This document shows positions 1-7,892 of a DNA stretch of 54,966 bases, in pieces. Where the stretch lies: the IMG/VR virus record IMGVR_UViG_3300036782_000031, positions 1 through 54,966 of that record, one strand, 5' to 3'. The DNA is from a virus (Duplodnaviria > Caudoviricetes). Under the pieces are notes generated by a model. The model had not been told where the DNA came from and made no database searches. It worked only from the letters and a program-made list of their open reading frames with translations. The first letter of the stretch is position 1, and each line of letters starts with the position of its first letter. The position numbers and the translations under genes are program-made.

Positions 1-386
1 GAGGGGAGACACCACCTCCGCAGAGGCTCTATACGCTCGGTGCCAACCCGAGCGAGGTGCTAACTTGCTTACTTGCCCTCGGCTCGTCCGCTATGTAGTT
101 AGTCAGAGGAGAAGGCTGACGGGCCACGACCTAATCGCCTGGCGCCAGCAAAAGAACGTCACCAGGCACACCGGCCTGAATCCCACGCGGGACCCTACGT
201 TGACGCACACTGGCGACCCGCCAGCCTTCGCTCTGTTTTGCCGAGTGCCGCTGCACTTCCCAACCCCTTAGCGGACTACGGGGCGAGCGGCTCCTTGAAC
301 ACCGCCCTTAGCATGATGACCTTGGTTCCGGCCTGCTCGGCTACCGCTATTCAGTTTTCCGGGGAGCCGCGCTCCCTCGGCCTTAC
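1..386 (-). ncRNA. Candidate long structured non-coding RNA (3' part runs off the window)
   Basis: No credible ORF. Lies downstream of a leftward TATACT -10 (393-398). Nested complementary arms at 86-93/269-276, 104-108/231-235, 111-123/217-229 and 137-144/160-167; hairpins at 34-54 and 362-376. Confidence 0.55.
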
Positions 387-392
387 AACTAC

Positions 393-422
393 AGTATACC
401 CTACGCACTGCAGTTTCGCTCC
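393..422 (-). promoter_or_regulatory. Phage promoter, GGAGCG-N18-TATACT
   Basis: Same spacing and CTGCAG spacer as the copies near 5414, 5876, 10816 and 15399. Confidence 0.65.
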
Positions 423-574
423 GACAGATCTAGGAAAACTTTCTGTAACTTTGCGTAGTATACTTGACTACGAAACTGGTAACTGGCCTGTATGCGATTG
501 CAGTGGTCTAGGGCGAGTGCAGGGTCCGATCAGGCGCAGTTACCTGTGCACTTTCTACGGACCATTCCGCCTGG

Positions 575-808
575 TCAACGAGCTGCGAGTGCAGTCGCTA
601 TCCAACCGGCTGACCAAACGAGCCAGCCAGCGTCGGCCGCCCAACGCTGGCTGACCCTGCGCGCCGCATGCTTCCGCTCGTGCTCCGTCACGGGTATGGT
701 CAGGCCCGGACGGACAAGCCGCAGCGCGCGTAGGTGTAGGTTGTGGCTGACGAGCTGATGCACCAGAGGCGCACCGAGCCCGATCAGCACACAGGCGGCC
801 ACCCACAT
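575..808 (-). CDS. Small membrane protein, last gene of the traB-like operon
   Basis: 77 aa with hydrophobic N- and C-terminal segments; starts 1 nt after the upstream stop. Confidence 0.5.
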   Translation of the reverse strand: MWVAACVLIGLGAPLVHQLVSHNLHLRALRLVRPGLTIPVTEHERKHAARRVSQRWAADAGWLVWSAGWIATALAAR

Positions 809-809
809 G

Positions 810-1259
810 TCAGTGCTTCTTGGAAGCGAGGTTGCCGTCGGCCGTCCAGATCAGCTCCAGGTTGTCGTCGGCCAGCTGGTCGGCGTCCTGGGCGATGCCC
901 GCCTGGGCGCGGTCCTTGGGCTGGAACGCAGACACCGGGATGACCTGGGTCTCGTCCGCGTCCTGGACCGGCATCGGCTCGGTGTCGGTCGCCATCTGGA
1001 TCGCGTTGGCCTTGTGCTGCTTCCGGCTGGCCCAGGTGGCCCGCAGGATGCCCCGCGCGATGAACAGCACCAGCGCGGTACCGGCCGCGATGACGACAGC
1101 CCACATCGCGATCTTGAGAGCCTCGACGATGACGTTCCAGTACATGTAGAAGAAGACCGCGACGCAGACGATCGCCCCGGCCACGAACAGGGCAGGGCTG
1201 CACTGTGCCGTAGAGCACTGGCGCACCGCCCACTTCTGATAACGCTCCCACAGCTTCAT
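810..1259 (-). CDS. Two-TM membrane protein (Spd-like accessory)
   Basis: 149 aa, two hydrophobic helices, acidic C-terminus; ATGA overlap with the ATPase gene. Confidence 0.75.
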   Translation of the reverse strand: MKLWERYQKWAVRQCSTAQCSPALFVAGAIVCVAVFFYMYWNVIVEALKIAMWAVVIAAGTALVLFIARGILRATWASRKQHKANAIQMATDTEPMPVQDADETQVIPVSAFQPKDRAQAGIAQDADQLADDNLELIWTADGNLASKKH

Positions 1260-2938
1260 GCTGCAGCCCTACCTTTCCTGTTTTCGAGAGCGTAGTCGTG
1301 GAGGAACTGCGAGTCGTCGTAGAATCCCTGGACCCACGTCTGCTCTGAACCCTTAACCATACATATCCTACCTGGCCCGGTCTGGAATGACGGCGCAGGC
1401 GGACCGACGATCCTATCCCACTGTCCTTTCTTTGAGATCGACATGCCGAACACTCCGAAGGCAGCCTTCAGAGACTCACCACCGAGCGCTTTGTCGGTGA
1501 CGTCCTGGAACATCATCTCGCCTCGCATGTTGGCCTGCCGACCGAGCCGCAGGAGCGGCGCGATAGCCTCGCTCCAGATCGGCGGAGTGACCGGGCCACC
1601 GGTTGGCATCTTGAACCGCTTGTAGTAGGACTTCAGGTTGCCGCTGAGGTCGTTGCCCTCGTCCACCAGCACCCAGATGTCGTTGAAGTCCTCCGGCCGC
1701 TTCTGTCCGGTGCGGATGGCCGTGTAGCGCTTCCGGAGCATATCCTCCAGGATGTAGAACACATCCCAGATCTTGTCCATCTCGGACTCCGGGTTGTCGT
1801 AGACATGGACGCCAGGGATGCCACGCAGGTACTCGAAGCTGACCTGCTTCGTGTCGATGCAGTACAGGTCAGCCCACGGGTCGTTGTGGCAGATCTGGGC
1901 AGCCTTGACCAAGAAGCCAGTCGACTTGCCGGTGCCAGAGTCAGCCGCCCGCAGGTGCCACGGCGTATCGCCGTTGTGGCTGGTGACGTAGACGCTCTTG
2001 TCCTCCTGGACTCCGACCGCGTATTTGCCCCGAACCAGCCCTTCGATGTCCGTCAGGTAGTCCCGGAAAGTAGCGGCAGCCGGCAGCCCGCTTACAATCG
2101 GATGCCAGGTCAGCATGCGCGGGTTGGTGGTGGTGCTCCATCGGAAGCGCACCCGGCCGTCCGTGTGGGCCTCCAGCACCTCCTCCACCTGACCGCGCTG
2201 CTTGACCAGAGCCGGGTACCGATCCGGCAGCCGCAGCTCGCCGCGCTCTGGCGTGAGCCGCAGCCCGCGCTCGACCTCGGCCGGGCTCGCGCCCATCTGG
2301 TCAGCCAGCAGCGTAGCCAGCACGCCGACAGGCACCTCGGACTCCAGCTGGGGCTCCTCGGTGACGGTCAGCCTGGCCTTGTTCTCCACCGTCTGCTCGT
2401 CGTGGCTGAACACTGCCTTGGCCTTGCCGGTCATGCTGATGGCTGGCTTGCCGATCGGGTGCTTCCGGATGTGCCGACGCCGCGCCTTCCGGGTGAAGTG
2501 CACGACGAACAGGACCAGCGCGGCGCAGATCAGCCACACGATGGCGCGCAGGGTGTCAACCGGGTCGATGATGATGCCGCACCACGCCGTCAGCCAGGTA
2601 GCCACCAGAGCGTTGTTGCGGATGGCCCGCTGCCAGCGAGTGGTGGTGGTCCAGTAGACAGCCAAGCCCTCCGGCGTCGCGCGGGTCGTGTCGCCTGCAG
2701 TCTTCTTCAGCTTGGCCTCGTCGCCATAGGTGCGCTTCGGATCCAGGTGCAGCCCGGTGTGAACCTGGAACAACAGCCTGTGCATGCGACTTGGACGGCC
2801 AGGGTGGCGCCAGCCCGTGATGTCATGGGCGTAGCCGAACCCAACCGTCCACAAGGCCCAGAAGGCGTACAGGCCATAGATGACCACGAACACCACCCAG
2901 TCCTGCAGGTGGAGTGAACGCAGGAGGAGCCCGATCAT
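1256..2938 (-). CDS. Membrane-anchored FtsK/SpoIIIE (TraB-like) DNA translocase ATPase
   Basis: N-terminal TM helices; Walker A ADSGTGKST; IDTK; Walker B IWVLVDEG; LLRLGRQANM arginine-finger region; GPGR motif near the C-terminus. Confidence 0.85.
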   Translation of the reverse strand: MIGLLLRSLHLQDWVVFVVIYGLYAFWALWTVGFGYAHDITGWRHPGRPSRMHRLLFQVHTGLHLDPKRTYGDEAKLKKTAGDTTRATPEGLAVYWTTTTRWQRAIRNNALVATWLTAWCGIIIDPVDTLRAIVWLICAALVLFVVHFTRKARRRHIRKHPIGKPAISMTGKAKAVFSHDEQTVENKARLTVTEEPQLESEVPVGVLATLLADQMGASPAEVERGLRLTPERGELRLPDRYPALVKQRGQVEEVLEAHTDGRVRFRWSTTTNPRMLTWHPIVSGLPAAATFRDYLTDIEGLVRGKYAVGVQEDKSVYVTSHNGDTPWHLRAADSGTGKSTGFLVKAAQICHNDPWADLYCIDTKQVSFEYLRGIPGVHVYDNPESEMDKIWDVFYILEDMLRKRYTAIRTGQKRPEDFNDIWVLVDEGNDLSGNLKSYYKRFKMPTGGPVTPPIWSEAIAPLLRLGRQANMRGEMMFQDVTDKALGGESLKAAFGVFGMSISKKGQWDRIVGPPAPSFQTGPGRICMVKGSEQTWVQGFYDDSQFLHDYALENRKGRAAA

Positions 2939-3915
2939 AACTCGCCAGTGCCTTCCTGCTGCGCCTCGTCCGGGTGCGCCGCGTCGTAGATGTCCTTGTA
3001 CTTCTGGCTGAGCGCACCCCGGTCAGACACCGGATGGCCGTGCAGCCGCAGCCAGTCTCGCTTGTGCCGGTCGGGCGCGTGGGCGGAGCGACGCCGGGCC
3101 AGCTCGTCCTTCGTTCCTTCGTTCCCGGGCTGGGGAAGGACGGGAGGAACGTCGGGAGGAACGACCGTGGCCTGCTCGGAAGGAACGACGACCTCGGCGC
3201 TGGGAACGACGGGCTCTTGCGCCGCAGCGGATGGCGCAGCCGTGGGGTCTGGCCCTAGGGCTGGCTTGGCGGCCGGGATCGTTCGTTCCGGTCGTTCCAG
3301 GAGTGCGGGCTTCGTTCTGGCGGGCTGGGCGATCGTTTCGCCGAGACGACCAGCAAATGCGTCGGAAAGAGCGCGAGTGCGGGAACGAAGGACGCCCCGC
3401 AGCAACTTCGTGGTCTCGCCCGGGAAAAACACCCAGGAAAGGCGGCCGAAGGAAGGCAGAGCGGCCGGGTAGATGAAGCCAGCCCGCGCCAGCGCACGAC
3501 GCCTGATCCAGCGGGTCTGGAACTCAAACACCACCATCGCCAGGATCGGCAGAGACGACCACAGCGGGATAGCAGCCCGGCTCTCGTGCCCGAGGATGAC
3601 GTGCAGTGCCTGCAGGTAGGCAGACAGGATGGCGATGATGCGGACTGCCATCCGCGGACCTCCACCGCTCATGCCCTCTTCTGCGTACTTGAGCGTCAGC
3701 CCGGCCATGATGAGTGCAGAGCCGTCGAAGACGGTGCTCATGCCGATCGCGAAGATAGGCGGCACACCAAGCTTGCGTGCAACGTAGAACAGCGAGTAGC
3801 CACTGATGGCCAGGATGACGCTCAGGACGATCACCCAGAGCACGCTGTCCCAGACCGTGACTGCGGCCTTGCGGACCCTTTTGCCGATCGGAGCATCGGC
3901 GTTACCCTTGCTCAT
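2935..3915 (-). CDS. DUF2637/Spd-like 4-TM protein with Pro-rich linker and C-terminal Lsr2-like DNA-binding domain
   Basis: TM pattern S..SL..VA...G....A.....VFDG...S....LH; C-terminal RDWLRLHGHPVSDRGALSQKYKDIYDAAH resembles the Lsr2 motif REWARxxGxxVSxRGRIP. Confidence 0.75.
   Translation of the reverse strand: MSKGNADAPIGKRVRKAAVTVWDSVLWVIVLSVILAISGYSLFYVARKLGVPPIFAIGMSTVFDGSALIMAGLTLKYAEEGMSGGGPRMAVRIIAILSAYLQALHVILGHESRAAIPLWSSLPILAMVVFEFQTRWIRRRALARAGFIYPAALPSFGRLSWVFFPGETTKLLRGVLRSRTRALSDAFAGRLGETIAQPARTKPALLERPERTIPAAKPALGPDPTAAPSAAAQEPVVPSAEVVVPSEQATVVPPDVPPVLPQPGNEGTKDELARRRSAHAPDRHKRDWLRLHGHPVSDRGALSQKYKDIYDAAHPDEAQQEGTGEL
3110..3389. repeat. Cluster of eight GGAACGAM 8-mers in both orientations (clt/TRS-like)
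   Basis: Forward: 3158-65, 3182-89, 3203-10, 3382-89. Reverse: 3110-17, 3118-25, 3282-89, 3291-98. Near matches at 3146 and 3311. Confidence 0.8.
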
Positions 3916-4063
3916 GCGCTCACCTTCTTCCGGTAGGTGTTGCTGCTAGGTCCCGGTCTGTTCCGCCAGATACAGGCCGGGGCCGATATTGATCTTAAGG
4001 ATAGGCGTCCGCAGCCGTCCTGGCTACACGGCGTGGTCAGGAGCCCAGCGTATCCTTAGCTAC

Positions 4064-4630
4064 ATGATTAAAGCAATACAGACCCACTATGCTGGGTATT
4101 GGTTCCGCTCGCGCCTGGAGGCGCGGTGGGCGGTCTTCTTTGACACCACTGGCATTGAATGGCGCTACGAGCCAGAGGGTCTGGTTGTCGACACCCCGGA
4201 AGGCAGGATTCACTACCTGCCGGACTTTCTGCTCCCGAATCAGTGGGGCGAGGCCAAGGGCTATCTGCAGGACGCGAGCGTCGAGCGGGTCTGCTCTCTT
4301 GCGGCCGGGATGACCCGGTGCGAGGACAAGGACAGCATGGACCTTGTGATCCTGGGCGACATCCCCCGGCCGAACTCAGACCTGTGGCCGGTCCAGCTCC
4401 ACTACCATCGCGGCAAGCTGTGGGGCGTGGCCTGGGATCCTACTGAGGCTGGCTGCCCGATGGGTCGCCCCCATGTGCGTGTCGTCCCCGACGCCTTGAA
4501 CGCCGAGAGGCTGACGGAAGGATTCCCGTTCGGAGCGCCACCGCGTTGGGCTGTTGAGGGTTTGGACGCGGCTCGGCAGGCACGATTCGAGTTCGGCGAA
4601 TCGGGTCGGCCATCAGAGCGTGCGCGATAG
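4064..4630 (+). CDS. PD-(D/E)XK-family nuclease-like phage protein
   Basis: FRSRLEARWAVFFD..WRYEPEG..YLPDFLL..WGEAKG; ATG 7 nt after a TATCCT -10, so possibly leaderless. Confidence 0.8.
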   Translation: MIKAIQTHYAGYWFRSRLEARWAVFFDTTGIEWRYEPEGLVVDTPEGRIHYLPDFLLPNQWGEAKGYLQDASVERVCSLAAGMTRCEDKDSMDLVILGDIPRPNSDLWPVQLHYHRGKLWGVAWDPTEAGCPMGRPHVRVVPDALNAERLTEGFPFGAPPRWAVEGLDAARQARFEFGESGRPSERAR

Positions 4631-4754
4631 CCACCAGCGCCAGGTCCGCGATCGTGCGCGGCTGCTCGGGGTCGTTGAGCATGTCGTCGATCAGCAGCAG
4701 CATCCGCTCGCCTTCGTCCAGGTGATCCTGCTCGTCGAAGTAGTTAGCTCTCAT
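4440..4754 (-). CDS. Hypothetical protein
   Basis: Coupled to the upstream gene; 3' part overlaps the nuclease gene on the opposite strand. Confidence 0.45.
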   Translation of the reverse strand: MRANYFDEQDHLDEGERMLLLIDDMLNDPEQPRTIADLALVAIAHALMADPIRRTRIVPAEPRPNPQQPNAVALRTGILPSASRRSRRRGRHAHGGDPSGSQPQ

Positions 4755-4983
4755 CGCGGTGCCGCCGTTCGCTCTCGCGGGAGCCGCGCCGCGCTTCCAG
4801 CTCGTCCTCGTCCAGGAACCGGCGCTCGTCGCTGTCGGCGTACTTGTCCTGCTCGGAGGCGACCGCGCTGCCTCGCTCGGCGTAGTAAGCTGTCATTCTG
4901 CGCCCGGTGCTGAGCCGGAAGTAGACCATCAGCCCGGCAATGATGGCGATGGCCAGCCCGCCCACGATCAGATCGGACGTCAT
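4744..4983 (-). CDS. Small membrane-anchored protein
   Basis: MTSDLIVGGLAIAIIAGLMVYF N-terminal TM; ATGA coupling. Confidence 0.7.
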   Translation of the reverse strand: MTSDLIVGGLAIAIIAGLMVYFRLSTGRRMTAYYAERGSAVASEQDKYADSDERRFLDEDELEARRGSRESERRHRDES

Positions 4984-5126
4984 GACTGCAGCTCCTTGGC
5001 TCGCAGGGACATGATGTAGGCCAGGACCTGGATGACGTCGCAGGCCATGTTGAGCAGGAACAGGATGACGGCCAGGTGCTGGAGCAGACGGATCGTGTTC
5101 AGCATCGCCTCGTAGAAGAGCGTCAT
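4980..5126 (-). CDS. 48-aa hydrophobic protein (not in ORF track)
   Basis: MTLFYEAMLNTIRLLQHLAVILFLLNMACDVIQVLAYIMSLRAKELQS; ATGA overlaps at both ends. Confidence 0.65.
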   Translation of the reverse strand: MTLFYEAMLNTIRLLQHLAVILFLLNMACDVIQVLAYIMSLRAKELQS

Positions 5127-5380
5127 GCCGTCGCCTCCCGGTCGATGCGGAGGCCGAGGCCATCTCGGACGATGTTGCGGATGACCAGGAGCAGCCCGGT
5201 CAGGAGCGCCAGGATGATGGTGACGCTGACGATGAGCATCATGCTGATGCTGACCTGGGTGGTGCCGATGGTCGCGGTGACGTGGAGCTGAAGGATGTAG
5301 AACAGGAACGCCAGCGCGGCGATCGTGATCAGCACGGGGTGACGGTTGTTCCGGCGGCTCTTGCGGTTTCTGCGGTTCAT
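5123..5380 (-). CDS. Two-TM membrane protein
   Basis: Basic N-terminus and two TMs; GAAGGCGAG at 5384-5392. Confidence 0.75.
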   Translation of the reverse strand: MNRRNRKSRRNNRHPVLITIAALAFLFYILQLHVTATIGTTQVSISMMLIVSVTIILALLTGLLLVIRNIVRDGLGLRIDREATA

Positions 5381-5413
5381 GATCTCGCCTTCCGTTGTTC
5401 TCGCCTTAGGTAC

Positions 5414-5443
5414 AGCTTACGCGGTGGGCTGCAGTTTCGCTAC
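5414..5443 (-). promoter_or_regulatory. Phage promoter GTAGCG-N18-TAAGCT
   Basis: Member of the repeated promoter family. Confidence 0.65.
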
Positions 5444-5498
5444 CCTTTTGTGGAGAAAGTTTGGTGGGCAGGAGGCGGGTTGGCCCCCTGCCCGGCTC

Positions 5499-5708
5499 TT
5501 AGGCGGCTGGCGTTCCGGTGAACCAGCCTTCGCGAGTGATGCGCCGCATGAACGGGTCGTCCAGGCTGTCGGAGTCCAGGACGATGCCGATGGCCTCCAT
5601 GGCCTCGTCGGCGGAGCTGAGGTGCTTGTCGCCCTCGTCGTCGTTGTTGGCGTCCAGCTGGGTGTTGACGATCTGCCGGATCATCACCATGCGCTCTTCG
5701 TCAGTCAT
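5499..5708 (-). CDS. Hypothetical acidic protein
   Basis: ORF with ATGA coupling to the upstream gene. Confidence 0.65.
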   Translation of the reverse strand: MTDEERMVMIRQIVNTQLDANNDDEGDKHLSSADEAMEAIGIVLDSDSLDDPFMRRITREGWFTGTPAA

Positions 5709-5869
5709 GCCCATTCCTCAATCGTCTCTCGCGGGTCGATGTCGCTGCAGTTGCCGGCCCGGTCCATGCACCAGGTGGTCCACATCGCGGCCTGGAACTC
5801 AGTCACGCTGCTGTCGCTGATGGTCCGGACCTCTTTGCGGGTCGGGGTGATGCTCGCCTTCGTGCTCAT
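5705..5869 (-). CDS. 54-aa hypothetical protein, probably leaderless (not in ORF track)
   Basis: MSTKASITPTRKEVRTISDSS...EEWA; ATG 6 nt after a TAGACT -10. Confidence 0.6.
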   Translation of the reverse strand: MSTKASITPTRKEVRTISDSSVTEFQAAMWTTWCMDRAGNCSDIDPRETIEEWA

Positions 5870-5875
5870 ACCTAC

Positions 5876-5905
5876 AGTCTACGCTAGCAGACTGCAGTTC
5901 GCTAC
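5876..5905 (-). promoter_or_regulatory. Phage promoter GTAGCG-N18-TAGACT
   Basis: Member of the repeated promoter family. Confidence 0.65.
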
Positions 5906-6090
5906 CCCTTCTGGCGCTCTTTCTCCATGTCGGCTAGGCGAGCCGCGTGGATCCACATCGCCTGGGTCCTGCCCTGGGTGTACTGCCACTCGGTGGGCAC
6001 CCGCGCGCCGTTGGTCCTGATGGCCTGGATCTGACGAAAGACGCCGTAGGCTTCCTCGGCGTCCTTCATCAGCTCGCTGATCTCCTTCAC
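5902..6090 (-). CDS. Hypothetical protein
   Basis: 62 aa; GTGA overlap with the DUF2786 gene. Confidence 0.65.
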   Translation of the reverse strand: MKEISELMKDAEEAYGVFRQIQAIRTNGARVPTEWQYTQGRTQAMWIHAARLADMEKERQKG

Positions 6091-7112
6091 CCGATCTGCC
6101 GCTTCTCAGCAGTCCCGACGTTGCCGCCCAGGTCGGCGGAGTTGGCCTGCCGGACACCGGCGCTGTAGCCAGCGTCGCTGAACGCCTGCTCCCGGAACCG
6201 CATCGCCGGGTGGGCGCGGCAGTGGCCGCTCTTGGCCTTCTTGCAGTTCGGGCACTCCGGCACGTCCTCGGCCTCCTTGAACATGTCCGGGTTCTGCTCC
6301 TTGAAGAAGGCGTTGAGGTCGTTGGCCGCATTCGCCAGCACCAGCTCGGCTCCGGTGCCAGCCTCGCGGCCGGACTCCAGCTTGGACAGCCGACCGCGCA
6401 TCCTGGCGACGTAGCCTTGCGCCGCGCTGCGACGGAACGTCTCGCTGGCGCTCGCCGGGATGGACAGCACCTTCTCGCCTCGCGCCTTACAGGCGCGCTG
6501 GCAGGCTCGCTTGTAGTGGGAGCCAACAGTCCAGTTGGACTTGCGCTCGCCCAGCTTGGCGTTGACGTACATGACGGGCTGGGTGTCCTCGGGCTGGATG
6601 TCCCTGGCCTTCTTCCAGCCGTACTCGCCTGCGATCTCTAGCCAGTTCAGGCCAGCCTTGTGCAGCTCGTAGGCGTTGTCCTCCAGCGACCTGGCCGGGT
6701 CGACCTTGGGACGCAGCGCGCCGATCATGTGGAGCCGGAGGGTGGTGTACAGAACCTCGAAGTACCGCAGGTCCGACTCGAAGCCGTAGACCGTGCTGCG
6801 GTACCCGGCCTCGTTCGTCCACTTGGTGTACTGCCGAATCTTGCAGCGGCAGGTCCGAGCGCAGCTCGCGGCCAGCTGGGCCACGTAGCCAACCAGGTCG
6901 TAGTCGGGGGTCAGGTCGATGTCGATGATACCAGGCTTGGCGCGCTGCGGGGCCGGACGGCTGGCGTCCAGCTCGGCCTGCTCGATCGCGTACTTCAGCA
7001 TCAGGCTGTCAGCCATCTGCCGCGCCGCGTTGGCCTCTTCCACGCCGGTGCCTGGGTGCTCGGCGATCGCGACCAGCTTACGGACGCGCTCCAGAACGGT
7101 GTTCAGTTCCAC
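6087..7112 (-). CDS. DUF2786-domain protein
   Basis: N-terminal VLERVRKLVAIAEHPGT..EEANAA..MA..LM.KY; FRRS...GY motif. Confidence 0.8.
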   Translation of the reverse strand: MELNTVLERVRKLVAIAEHPGTGVEEANAARQMADSLMLKYAIEQAELDASRPAPQRAKPGIIDIDLTPDYDLVGYVAQLAASCARTCRCKIRQYTKWTNEAGYRSTVYGFESDLRYFEVLYTTLRLHMIGALRPKVDPARSLEDNAYELHKAGLNWLEIAGEYGWKKARDIQPEDTQPVMYVNAKLGERKSNWTVGSHYKRACQRACKARGEKVLSIPASASETFRRSAAQGYVARMRGRLSKLESGREAGTGAELVLANAANDLNAFFKEQNPDMFKEAEDVPECPNCKKAKSGHCRAHPAMRFREQAFSDAGYSAGVRQANSADLGGNVGTAEKRQIG

Positions 7113-7146
7113 TTTTGCCTCTCGCCTTCGGGTCTCTTGCTCTCTG

Positions 7147-7197
7147 CCTTACGTAGGGTATAACCCCGGCCGGACTGGTAACCATACCCGGCCGGGG
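7147..7197 (-). promoter_or_regulatory. Promoter cassette GGTATGG-N19-TATACC..CGTAAGG inside an inverted repeat
   Basis: One of four similar copies (7147, 7491, 8699, 9450). Confidence 0.7.
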
Positions 7198-7205
7198 CAA
7201 CTTTC

Positions 7206-7469
7206 TTACAGCTTGGCGTTCACCGAGTCGCCCGGCTTGCGGATCGGGCCGACCACGAGAAGGTCAGCCACGTCGCACCAGAACTGGACGGTGGCGTCCT
7301 CTTGGTCGGTCGCGACGCCGTTCACGGTCACGACCTCGTCGATGAACTGGAGGACCAGCGCACCCGGTCGGGCAATCCGCTCGACCAGGATGGTCAGCTT
7401 GCCGATCTCGTCCTGGTCAATCAGCGTCAGCTTCATGGCCTCGGATCGGACCCAGCTCGTGTCAGTCAT
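7206..7469 (-). CDS. Hypothetical protein
   Basis: Start placed after GAAGGCGAG (7472-7480); the upstream ORF extension is the promoter. Confidence 0.7.
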   Translation of the reverse strand: MTDTSWVRSEAMKLTLIDQDEIGKLTILVERIARPGALVLQFIDEVVTVNGVATDQEDATVQFWCDVADLLVVGPIRKPGDSVNAKL

Positions 7470-7490
7470 TTCTCGCCTTCCTGTTGACTG

Positions 7491-7531
7491 CCTTACGTCT
7501 AGTATAACGCCAGCTGACTGCAGACCATACC
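7491..7531 (-). promoter_or_regulatory. Promoter cassette GGTATGG-N18-TATACT..CGTAAGG
   Basis: Repeat copy. Confidence 0.7.
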
Positions 7532-7541
7532 GCAAAAGTGC

Positions 7542-7569
7542 AAAAAGAAACCCCGGCTGGCGACCGGGG
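7542..7569 (-). terminator. Intrinsic terminator
   Basis: CCCCGG/CCGGGG stem followed by a U-rich tract on the minus strand. Confidence 0.7.
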
Positions 7570-7586
7570 CTGGTTGGCGGCTTGGG

Positions 7587-7796
7587 TCAGCCAGCAACGT
7601 GGAAGTAGTGGAGGACGATGGCGATCAGGATGGCCACGGTGAGCTCGATCAGGAAGTCGTGCCCGGCCTCGCGCGCCTTCTCCTCGATCCGGCGCTCGAT
7701 GCTCTCGGGGATCTCGACCGCGATGGCCTGGGCGTTGATGTGCTGGCAGTAATAGCTGGGGTAGGTCTCCTGGCTGGGGTGCTGGATCGGGTTCAT
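7587..7796 (-). CDS. Small protein with C-terminal TM
   Basis: GAAGGCGAG at 7801-7809; FLIELTVAILIAIVL. Confidence 0.7.
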   Translation of the reverse strand: MNPIQHPSQETYPSYYCQHINAQAIAVEIPESIERRIEEKAREAGHDFLIELTVAILIAIVLHYFHVAG

Positions 7797-7892
7797 CGGG
7801 CTCGCCTTCCCTCGGGGTCTCGCTTACAGTTCAATCATAACCTGCAGTCCGATCCGGGGTAAAGCAGTTTCCAGTTTTATTTCCTGGAGTTT

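Noticed and set aside
65-654. Plus-strand ORFs 65-271 and 238-654
   Set aside because: No RBS, no motifs, atypical composition; the region is better explained by a leftward promoter and structured RNA.
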